From Lama guanicoe (taxonomy: Eukaryota): a DNA stretch of 64,000 nt. Under the pieces are notes generated by a model. That model saw only the letters and a program-made list of their open reading frames with translations, was not told the DNA's origin and made no database searches. How positions within the stretch are numbered: the first letter of the stretch is position 1; every line of letters starts with the position of its first letter. Below are positions 34,401 to 46,400 of the stretch, piece by piece. Location: positions 7,987,220 to 8,051,219 of the forward strand of contig MU054323.1 of assembly GCA_013239625.1 (NCBI GenBank). The letters are read 5' to 3'. The position numbers and the translations under genes were made by a program.

Positions 34401-37400
34401 AGTGGAAAGAGCGCGGGCTTTGGAAAGCATGTAAACTTGATACCAAACCTGATACTAAAATCAAATTTCTTTATTTGGCTTTGGGCCAAATTATAGTCTA
34501 CACCGTGCCAAAGGACTGTGAGAATTGGAGAAGCGCCTAGTAGGTAGTGGGCCTTCAGTAAATGCTGGTTGTTAACTTCCCATCAAGTACTGTTCTCCAC
34601 TGCTCCCTCCTCAGTGAATGAATGACTCCACTGTCCATCCAGTCAGTTGTCCAAGCCTGAAATCCGGGCAGTAACCTTTCCGCCTTTGTTACTACTGTTA
34701 CTTTCACTACTGATTCCTCTACCACACCCACCAGCCAGTGAATCACCAGGTCCTGTGTGTCCTGTCATTTTTAGCCTGAACTAGAAAGGTACTTCCGTTA
34801 CCGCTCTCCCCACATATAATTTATTCTTTTAATTTTAGAATAGTTCTGGAATATTTTGGAATAGATTTACAGGAAATTATAAAGGTGCAGTCAGAGTTCC
34901 CATATACTCCACACCTAGTTTCCCTGTTATTGACATCTTACATTTGTATGGTATGTTTGTCACAATTAATGAAGCAACATTTACACATTATTATTAACTG
35001 AAGTCCATACTTTATTCAGATTTCCTTAGTTTTCACCTGATGTTCTTCTTCTATTCTAGGCTCTTGTCCGGGATACCACATCACATTTAGTTGTCATGTC
35101 TCCATAGGCTCCTATTGGCTATGACCACTTCTCAGACTTTTCTTGTTTTTGATAACCTTGATAATTTTGAGTTCCAGTCAGATATTTTGTGGAATGTTCA
35201 TCAGTTGGATTTGTATGATGTTCTTCTTATGGTTAGACAAGATTATGGGTTTTGGGGAGGAAGACCACAGAGAAGTGTCTCTCTCATTGCATCATATGAA
35301 GAATACATTCTGTCAGCAGACTTACTACTGTTAATATTGACTTTGATCACCTCCCTATGTTTGTCAGGATAGTTACTCTCTGGAAGAAAGTCACTATGCA
35401 CAGCCCTCACTTAAGGAGTGGAGAGTTATGCTTCACCTTCTTGAGGGCAGAGTAGCGACATAATTTATTGGGACTTCTGCCTGGAGGATTTGTCTTTTCT
35501 TCCCCATGTATATTAATTCAGTCATTTATCTATATCAGTATGGCTTCATGGACACTTACTTTACACTTTGGGTTATAATCCAATACTACTTTATTTGGTT
35601 GCTCACCCACATCCACTTTTGCCCTTCTGTCCTTTCTCTATGCTTCATAGTGATCTTTTTTTAAAAATGTGCATCTGGTCATGTCACTCGTTTGCTTAAA
35701 ATTTTCCATTGTCTTCCCACTGCTCTTGGAATCAAGTCCAAAAATCCACAGCATGATTAGCATGGCTCTGAATGATCTGCCCTCGTCTGTGTCCTCAGCT
35801 TCATATCTTGCTACTCACTGTCTACCCCTCCCAGCATTAAGAGTCATCTTCCCCATCTACTTTTTTTCGATCCTTTAGATCTTGCTCCAGGGAGGAAGTG
35901 TTTAAATAGTATTGTTACATCTGCCAGGAATGTAGCTCCTCTCATTTATGTTCATCTTCACATCTTAAATGTTACTTTCTCAGAGAAGCATTCCCTAAGT
36001 ACACCTTTCCCCTTAAGTGTGCTCTCATAGCACCTCTGCTTCTTCATGGAATTAGTTCTTTAGGTGTCTCCCCATGAGAATGTAATCCTCAAGTGGTTAG
36101 ACTTGTCTTACAGACCACCATGGCCTGAGCACAGGGCTGTTGTGATTAGGCTTCCAGCAAACATTTGTGGAACGAATGAATAACTGAGAAACATCATAAC
36201 TAATCTTGTCAAACTGGAATTGGGATAACCGTAAGGAACCTTAGAAGGTCATATAGTATATTCCTCTGCTTTCAAGCAATATTGTGCCGTACCATTGCGA
36301 ACTGAGGTGCTGACTGGTCTTAAAATTTTAAGTGGGAATTTAACCCAGTCCAGGGCTATTCAGCTTTCACTAATGAAGTTTATTAACCCAGATACCTCTT
36401 GTTTTCCCTTAAGCTCTACCCTCTTTCTGTTGTCTCTTCTGCACTGTAAATATTGACGTACAAAACTTTTTCCTTACTAGGCTGTGGCTTTTTGGTGAGT
36501 GCCGGGAGAATAGCTGTTTAATTGGTGGCAGAGTCTGTAATACAGAATCTACTTTTTAAAAAAATAAGCAGTCTTCCCTCGATTTAAATTTCCAACTAGA
36601 TGGATATCCTAAATTACGGGAAATCAACAGTGTGATTTTTCCGTTCCTATCTTTTTCCCTTTTCCGTTGTCTGACTCACTTCCTGAATCTGACAGCAGAT
36701 TTCCTATCATTCTGGAAAACAAAGGTCAATTTAGCAAGCGTCCAGTGTTCACTAAAATATAGTTTGTTGATGTTATTTTAGTTATAATGAGGCTTCTTTT
36801 AAACAAGTGGTGGAGGCGGGGCACAGGTTTTTATAACCTAAACTTCTTCCAGTAGAAGGTTCTTTACTCAGTACTGTGTTCGTATTAGAAAATATGAATC
36901 CAGAGGTGCCCAAAGGAAAAATCTGTGTGGTCAGTATTACTGGAATGTGAATTGTACCAAGAAACCTTTTCTTCCTGAAGATCATACATTCCCATTGCGT
37001 GGACTTTGACGGGGAGTGCTTTATAAATGCTGATTGAATTAAAACAGTGTCTGAGGAAGATGATTCCATAAATAAAGACCCAAAGCACTTGAAAGAGATT
37101 TTTATTCTCTGATGTGACCCTATATACTACAGCAAAGAGATACAGAGAAAAGATTGTACTAAAAAAGTAGCTGGTGGAAAAATTACTTTTGAGCCAGTTC
37201 AATTTCTTCATCTTCCCTAGAGGTAAATCTGAGAGCTACAGTTGGAAACCTGGCAGTTATTCAGAGTAACTCCTGAAAGGGGTGTACACGCAGAGTAGTA
37301 ATTAGGTTTCTGTAGTAAGACACTGAAAGACAGTTGACTTTCAGTGCAGAAGAAAGCATGGGGTGCATTCTGTGTTATATGCTCTCTTAACGCTTGGGTT

Positions 37401-40400
37401 CTTCGTTGCCTTACCCCAGTCTTTTTAAAGAGCTGAGTGATTAGTTGTGTCTGCCTTCTCTGTTAGGATATGAGCTCTGGGAGAGAAGCAAAGCCTGTAG
37501 CTCTCTTATTCAATGTGACCAAGGTCTAGCACATGAACAGAGTAGGCATTTGACAAACATTTATTGAAGGAATGAAAGTTTGAAAGAATATAAACCATTT
37601 TGGAACTGTGGTAAAACGGAGCTGTGCATCTCCTGGATGCTTTTTGTATTTTGAATGTGAAGATGTCAGGGGTTTAGCCGCCATTGTTCTCTGTTGCTTT
37701 TTAATGTACCTTCAGACAATTATGTTGAGGAATTTCACTCTCTTGAGCCTCATCATTCCTTCTCTCTTCCTATCCTGCCTTTTGATTTTAGAGGAGGTTC
37801 TGGAGATTGAACCAGGACCTTGTGCATGCTAAGCATGTGCTCTAGCCCTTTGAGTTATACCCTCCCCTTATCCTTCAGGCTATCCCTACCCACCATTAGG
37901 TATTGTGGTTATCTAATCTGACTTAAGGAAGGCTTAGTTTTAACTGATAGTGTAGCAGCTAGTTTCAAATTGTAACATTTCGCTTAAGAGAGGAGGTGTT
38001 CTGTGAAATATCTTTTTGGTTTCAAGAATACAATTTTATGATAAGTTGGTTTCTGCTATTATGGTAGTTAAGTAACTTGGCTGTTGACAATAGCCAATTG
38101 ATTACAGGAATTGTGACAATTGTGACTTCGGGTAAGAAAGAGAGGCTGTGTACATCTTGATGGTAATGCTGACTGGTTAACACCCTTGATTTTGTTTATT
38201 CAGTCAGCCTTTATTGAGGGCCCACTCTGCGTCAGTCATGGCATTGGGGCTGCAAAATTAAGCTAGGCTAGAATTCCTGCCTTCAAGGAACTCAGTTCGG
38301 TGGTATATGGACAAGGAAATAAACAGATATGAATAATTAATAAATGCAGTTAGGTAAGTGCTGGGTGCTGTGGGAGAGGGAATCAACTCCAGGGAGTGAG
38401 GATACAGCTGAGAAAGACTTCAGAGAGAGGATGGAGGGGAAGGGGGAGCTCAGTCTAGAGGAGGAAGCTGAGTAGGCCCCTGTTCTTAACCAGGTGATGA
38501 GGGGAGTAAAAGCATCCCTGAATAAGAGAGCAGTAGGGTGAGTGCAGAGGGGTGGAGGCCAGAGAGTACTTTCTGGGACCCATGAGATTTAGATGTTTGG
38601 GCTTAGTGGTGGAGTGTCAAGAGGTGAGACTGGAGAGGGAGTTGGGGCCCTGTCGGAAGGGGATGATTGATGTAAGGGAATTTAGGATTTTACTCTGTAG
38701 ATCATTGTTTCTGTGGCCCAGGGACCATCGGCATTAGAATCACCTGGGGACAGTGTTTAGCCTACTTCTAGATACACTTTAGGGGGTTCAGATTGGATAA
38801 ATTGCTGTTATCTTCATGTTAAACAAATACTTTAGGTGCTTCTTGGGTACCTTGTAAGGCTATTGGTTTTGGGGAGCCACTTAAGAATTTTAAACAGGGT
38901 CGGATTATCAGTTTTTTTTGGGGGGAAGCAGAGGTAATTAGGTTTATTTATTTATTTGCTTTTTATGTTAGTACTGGGGATTGAACCCAGGACCTTGTGC
39001 AAGCTAAGCACACACTTTAATACTGAGCTATACCCTCCCTTCAGGATCAGATTTTAATTTTAGGAAGCTTACCCTGCCAGCTAGAAAATGAATGGATGGT
39101 GGTAGAGGTAGGGGTGATCTAGAGACCTTTTAGGATCCTCCTGCATAAAACTGGGTCAGAAATGAAGAAGGCTTGAATCAAAGCAGTGAGGATAGAAGGG
39201 GAGTGGGGCTTCTAAAGATGGAAGTCAAACTGCTTAATCTGCCCACTGTATTTGGCCAGCAGATACGTTTAATCCGGCCCACACTGACTTTGTTTCAAAA
39301 ATTAGTATTTTCCCCATAAAAGCCCAGATTTCTGGGTTCTCTTGAAAAACCAAAATAGTGGATGACACAGGCCCTGAACTTCCTCCTGACAAGAAGCTCC
39401 TGAAGCTGAATAGTGCTTGCTGTCTTTGAAAAGGGCGTTTGCTCTTGTGCACCATTTCTCTACCAGTCCCCGTGCTCCATGCAGGCCTGCTTTGTTGAGT
39501 TTACCTGCCTCATCCGCGTGGACATTTGAGATTGTGATCCTTGATTTAAGATCTGAAATTGACAGAACATGGTAACTGACTAGCTGTAAGTAGCAGGAGA
39601 GGAGTTTGGGATGACTCAGGCTCTGGTAGGATGACTAAGTAGATAGTGATGGCAGTCACTGAGGTAGGCATTGTGTGAGGCATTACCTCTAGGAAGGTAC
39701 CCTTGGCAATAACGGCACCTAACATTTGTTGAGTCTAAGATTTAATCTTGATATTTCAGTGAGGACGTATTGTTAATATTTCATGAGTAACCTAACTCCT
39801 AAGAGATTGATCCTTACACAATAGAAGTAAAAAATATAATTTAAATGATAAATGGTGCTGAATCTGGCAGGTTAACGGTCACCTTTGCACAGGGAACTTC
39901 TCTTGGACGAGACCATATGGAGGCGTAGTTTGTGGACTTGGAATTAAAACAAAGAAACCTTCATGTTCTAGAGAAATATCTTCTGAGGATGACCTGTCCT
40001 CCATTAGAGGAATGTTTCTGCAGTGATTTCAAAGATTGGAACACTTTCCTCAAGAGTCACAGTGGAAACATGAAAAATTCCTGATCTTTTGATTTTCACT
40101 TACTATGACTGCAAGCTGACTGCAATATAGTATGTCATTTATGGCATTACTTGGACCTGTTACAGTTAATTCAAGCGTAACTTACCTTTAGTTGTGCCTT
40201 GGTCTCCTTGAGCAGATATGGGGAACTGGCCTCTCCCTCCTGCACATACATTAGTAACGCTTGAATAGTATTTCAGTCGTCTTAGATATAGATTTACAAA
40301 TGTCTCATAGAAAGAATTATTTTTGCAGTTGGCAGAGACAGGAATCTTTCAGAAGGAGAGAAAGAAGAATGGATGGGAAACTTCTGCAGAGTGAGAGAGA

Positions 40401-43400
40401 GATTAAGTGGTAGGTAGAAGGTTATTCCATTTTTAGGTGCTATTTGGAAGAAACATCTTGAATCTGCTTTTTAACTACTTTCTGAAATATCAGTTCACTG
40501 ACGATGGCTTGTTTTTCTAACTGCTGTAATGCTTAAATGTCAAGAAGTTCTCTGCCGAATAAAAATTTGCCTGGTGCATAAGGGAGAGTGGGGAAAGATG
40601 TTTCCATCAGAGACTGATGGGAACCTCGGTATTGAGACTGGGAAGACCGTGGTAAATTAGAGGCACAAGGAAGTGGCAGGTGTGTGAGGGAGCAGGCAAG
40701 CCTGGTGAGCTTAGTGAAGAAAAGTTGTGATGGCAAGAGCAGTATCATCGTAAATGCTGAAATGATAATGACCACAGGCAGTTATATAGCATTCACTGGC
40801 ATTACCTTACATCTATTATCTCATTTAATTACATGTATTATTTCATTTGTGCTTCTGTACTTATGAACATTAAGTGGCATGTAACGTATACCCACATACT
40901 CATGCCCCAGGAGGTTATGCCAAGAGAAAGTATATTTTAGGAAAGGAAGAATAAGTAAATATTTTCAAATACCACTCTTCTATTTAAGAACCTGTAAGAT
41001 TTAAGAATTTAAGAAACACATGCAGTACCTTCCATGTGTTTATCATGTGTTTGGTATCTAGATTCCTCAGCAAGGATTTCAGGTTCCTTCACTGAATGAC
41101 CCCTCCTTTTTTCTTACCTTCTCATCTCTTGTGGGAGTTTATTATAGATTGTTTAAGTCTAGCAAGCAAACCTGTTCATCATCATGATTTGCTTCTTCTT
41201 GTCTCATTACTCTGGCTCTTCTCCATCTTTTCTCACCATCTTCTCCTCTCTTACTTGTTAGCAGATATAAATGACAATATTCACTGAAATGGGATCTCAC
41301 TGCCCACTGACATTACCATAGAATGTCTCTCAAGGCAGTGGCATCTGTCACCTGGGCTGTATTCTGTTGGTTAGAAGCAAGTCAGGGGTTCCACCCTCAG
41401 GGGAGCGAATGAACCATCAAGAGGAGGGGATTGACTATACAAAGGCTTGACTCATTGGGGATTATCGTAGGATGTGTCCGCCACAAATTGAAAGCAGAAA
41501 AATGTGTATTGCAGGATATTATGGGAATAACAATTTCAGTATATTGGATCTAGGTAGCTCATGATTTTATTTGAGCCAGGAGAGGGTAGTAACTTAAAAA
41601 CAAAGTGATCCGTTTCACAGAAATGTTCTGAGATGACTCATAAAGGATTTACAGTGTAGACCTTTTTGTTTATTAGCTGTTAATCCTTAAATTTTACAGT
41701 TTTTTAATCTTTTAAAACAGGGAGGAGTAATCTACCTTATCTTACAGTATCAAATAAGAGGACAGATAATAATTGTACTTTGGAAACTGTGTAACATACC
41801 AACATAGATGTGGTATTTTTAATCAGGGAAGAGTAAGAGCAACTTCCCCTTGTGAAGTTCAAAGTTGCTGTGGACTAGTTCCTTGGGGAAAATGGTTTCT
41901 CTCATCACCGATGGAGTCACTCTCTACTGCTACTTAATAAGCATGCAGAGTAGTTCATGCATTTATTCATTCATATGTGCAAAGATTCACATATGTTTGT
42001 TGAGCTCCTACTATGTGCCAGATGCAGAAAGGATCAGATTGGGAAACTTTCTCCATTCTTTTAATTGTTTCTTTATATGCCATTGCTCAGTGAGTCCCAC
42101 ATTTGTATGTGAAGGTAGCTCTTTTGACTACCCTGATATTTGTTGAGTGAATAAGAAATTTTTTTTAATTAAAAATTTTTTTAAATTATTTTTTTGGGGA
42201 CAGGTAATTAGGTTTTTATTTGCTTTTTTTTTTTTTAATGGAGGTACTGGGGATTGAACTTAGAACCTCACGCATGCTATGCGTGCACTCTACTACTGAG
42301 CTACATCCTCCCCCAATAAGAATTGCAAATAATTGGGATCTTTTGTTTTATGTTTTGTGCTTAAGTGATTGACTGGGAGGCTTGGAATGCCATTGCTAAA
42401 GAACTCTATTCCAGGAGTGGTAGAATACATGTTGGCCACAAGGGATTCTACCTCTGTAAAGACTCATACCTAAACATGATGGAGTCATGAGACCTGTCAG
42501 CAAGGGGCTGACCTCCATACCGTACCAATACTATACTAGACACCAAGCTTCCTTGTGCAGGTGGGAAGAGTTGATATTTTTCTTCTCTCTCCTGAGTTCT
42601 TAAGAAAGGTTGACAATGTGTTTCTTTCACTTAAGAGATACCTGGAAAGTCAGTATGAGCAATAAATAATCTCATACAATGAATGCAGTTGTGAATTAAA
42701 ATTGGTTCTTTGTGACTATCCTTGCTTTTTTATTCCTAAAAGCATGGGTGATTTAGAACTCAAGAATTTGGGGAATAATTTTTTAAAAACTCAAATATCA
42801 TCATTTAGAGTTGGCTTACATCTGAAATGATAAGTGCAGTTTATGAACTATTATTACCTTGTACTCAATCCATACTGTATGGATTTCCACGGTTAACTAA
42901 AATATGTTTTATAAGTATAAAATTTATATTTCAAATGGGTAAAGACAGGCATTGTATTAAAAATCATTTGACAGTTAGAGACCTATCCTTAGGTTGATTA
43001 TAAGACAAAGCAAGAGCAATCTGCTTCTGATGATAGATGGTAGAGTATTACCATGTGTATTAGCATTAGGACAGTAGCCTCAGTCTAATTAATAAGTGGT
43101 CCAAAGCTCTGTATTTAGTGCAAGGGTGTGTCAGTTCAGTTTTCTTATCAGTATATGGAGGGGATTTAAACTATAGTACCTGTATGAAGGAAATACTTTT
43201 AGGTCCAAGGAAGTGGTTTCATAGTTTTTCCTTTTGTTGGAGCCAGTTTCCTCCTTAAATAAGAGGAAGCTCACATTTCTAATGTGCTTCTCAAAAATGG
43301 GCTCTTTATAGCATATTTTAGTAGTAATTCAGAGTCACTGTACTGCTGCTAGCCTAATCCATAATCTTCTCTTGCCTGGTGTACTGTAACAGTCTTGTAA

Positions 43401-46400
43401 ATGTTTTGCACTTTTGCCCTCCTCCAGTCCATTTTCTACACTGTAGACAAAGTGATCCTCTAAAAATATAAATCAGGACTTACGTTGGGCTTGTAATAAA
43501 ATCCAGCTCACTGTGGTCCTTTCGGGTGGTGTCCACCCATGTCTACAATCTCATTTCATACCACTCTTCCTTGCTCACTAAGCTATAGCTATATTAGCCT
43601 CCTCCGCTTTGTGGTCTTTGCACATTTTGTCCTCTGCTTGGAGGGTATCTTGGCATGTACTCCCCCCACCCAACGCCTATACAGCACACACACACGTACA
43701 CACACGCACACTGCCACACATATATTCTTTATTTTCTGTCTTCTTTTTAGATATAAATTATAAACACACAGATCTTAAGTATACAATTTAATGCATTTTT
43801 GCTTATGTGTATACCTATGTAATGAGCACCCAGATCATGATACAGAATTATACCTAGCACCACGGAAGGCCTCTGTTTAGCCCTCTCACCAAACTGCTAT
43901 TATGACCTCTTTTTGCCATAAGTTAATTTTGTCTGTTTTTGAGCTTCATGTGAATGTAACTTACATCAGCATGTTCTCTTTAGTGTCTTGCTTCTTTGAC
44001 TCACTGTTCTGTCTCATATGTTCTTTACCTGCCTTCCCATCTTCTGGGATGTAGCTTAAGTTCCCCTCCTCAGAGAAGCTTTCTCTGACTACCCTGACTC
44101 AGGCCCTCTTGTACAGCACTGTTTATTGCCTTCACAGTGTTTGTCACAGCTTGTGATTATGACTTGTTTTCTTGCTCACCATCTGTCTCACTCTGGACTG
44201 CAGACTTGGTGAACACAGGAAGCATTTTGGTCTTGTTCACCATTTTCTTTCTAGTGGTCTAGCACCGTTCTTGGTACAGTCATAGGCACTCAGTCATAAA
44301 TATTTGTTAACTTAATGAATGAATGAAGAATGAATTCTGCTTTGTTTCCTGACTTGTACTGAAGTTAAAAAAAAAGTCTTGAAACTTTCTAATATTTGGA
44401 AAAACACTATCTAAGGTAATTCTGAATTTCACTAAGACTTTATGAAAATCTTGTGGGCAAGATAGACTAATCGCCATAGATGACAGTACAAAATTCCATG
44501 AGGGAAATGTTTAGATGTTCTACCTTGATCAGCATTTTTGCAGAGACGTAGGTGAAAGCATTGTAGCGTGACAGCTTTACTTGCTGTGAGTTTGGGGGGC
44601 ATAGCTGGTACCTTGGATAACTGAGTCTGACCCTGAGGAGAAGGATGAGTGGGCTTTAGCAAGATGAAATGTTAAAATGGTAAAGGTCGGGTCTTACACT
44701 TAGGTTCCAACAGTCAGCCTCGTGTTAGCGCAGAGAAAGGTGGCTTACCAGTCTGTATAAGAAAGACTTGAGGGGTTCAGCTGCCTGAAGGTATGTGTAA
44801 GTCTGCAGTGAGACTTTATTGCTGCAGGAAATTAATACCGTGTTGAACATCAGTTAAGAAAGGAGTTGTTGAGGAAGAAGGGCTTCTAGTCACAATCTCC
44901 TTTGTACTCATGCACCACTTGAAATGTTCCTTTTGCCCTGGATCACACTTTTGTATTGATATAACAACTTGGATTGTCCGGGGCACTGGCTGTCAAACTA
45001 AAGCCCCAGGCACCTGTTTTGTGAGTAAAGTTTTATTGGAACACAGCACGCCTGTTTGTTTCCCTGTTTCCTGTGACTGCTTTCCTGTTTCAGTGGCAGT
45101 GTTGAGTGTTTGTTACAGAGACCATATGGCCTGCAAAGCCTAAAATATTTACTGTCTGGCCTTTTCCAGAAAAAGCTTTCCAGCCTCTGGTCTAGAAAAC
45201 TAGACCTAGATGATGAAGGAGACCGAAACTATGGCACAGGACAAGCAGCAGAAGGAACGTGAGATTTTTAACCAGGTGAAGAGAAGATGTAGGTGTGACA
45301 GGGAAAACCATCTTCAAATATTTGAAGCATTATTGTTTGGAAGAAAAATTGGACCCTTGTCTGGTTAGTTTTGTAAGGCATGTTAAAAACAGGATAGAAA
45401 ACAAGAGGTGAGGGGAGGATTTTGTTAGTGTATAGAAAAGTTGTTTTAACACTGGAGTGGGCTATTTCTAGAAGTAATGAGTTGGTAACCAGAGGCATTT
45501 AAAAGAGGCCAGATGACTGTTTTACCTGTTCCCGTAGATGACGGTCAGGCACGTGAGAACTTGACGTCCCCTGAACTCTTGTGGTTCTGAGATTTTGCCT
45601 TAGAATGATTCTCAGACTTAGGCTGTGGTTCTCAAGCCTTTCTCCAGGGCACTAGCTTGGTCTGGCCCTACAGACTGAAGATCAGGCAAGTCCAGCAGGC
45701 CTTAACAGTGGATTATCCACCTGGTTCAGATATTCTGGTATACACCAAAACATCTTTCAATAGAAAATAACAATATACTTAACAGGCATTAACTAAATCT
45801 AGTTGAGCACCTTTTAAAGTTTACATTTTGCTTATTTTTTTCATGCATGTGGAAGGTTTGACTCATTCTTCTTTCCTCCTATTGATTCACAAGACAGTTT
45901 CAAGTTTCTTTGTTTATCACCAAGTGATATGGGACCTTCAAAAATACTCAAGTGTGTAAGGCTAGAGCACAGAGTGTTCTTTAGGTTTATTGTTTGCTAC
46001 CCTCGGTAATCTCATATTAAATTTTCTTGCTGTACTTGAGCTCACCAGCTGTTTTTGTTAAATGCAAAAAATCCAGCTAGGCAAACTGACCTTTTTATAT
46101 TGTTCTATATTCTTTTCATACTTCTGCTGGTCTCCTGAAGTATAGATTTAGAATTTAAACTTCAGAATTTAAAAGCGGAGCTTTTCAAATCAAAATACTG
46201 TGAGTTAAGGACCTTCTCTTAGGTCAAAGTTCGAAGTATGGATAGCTGCTGAATGAGACTCATTCAGCAAACATTTCAATTAAGAGCACACTGTACTTTG
46301 TACATCGTATTAACTGTTCGTGTGATGTTGTGAACTGTTTTGTTCTGATTTGGACTTCTTATAACTTTTGAGCTTTGCAGTAGATAGTGAACTTGAAATG

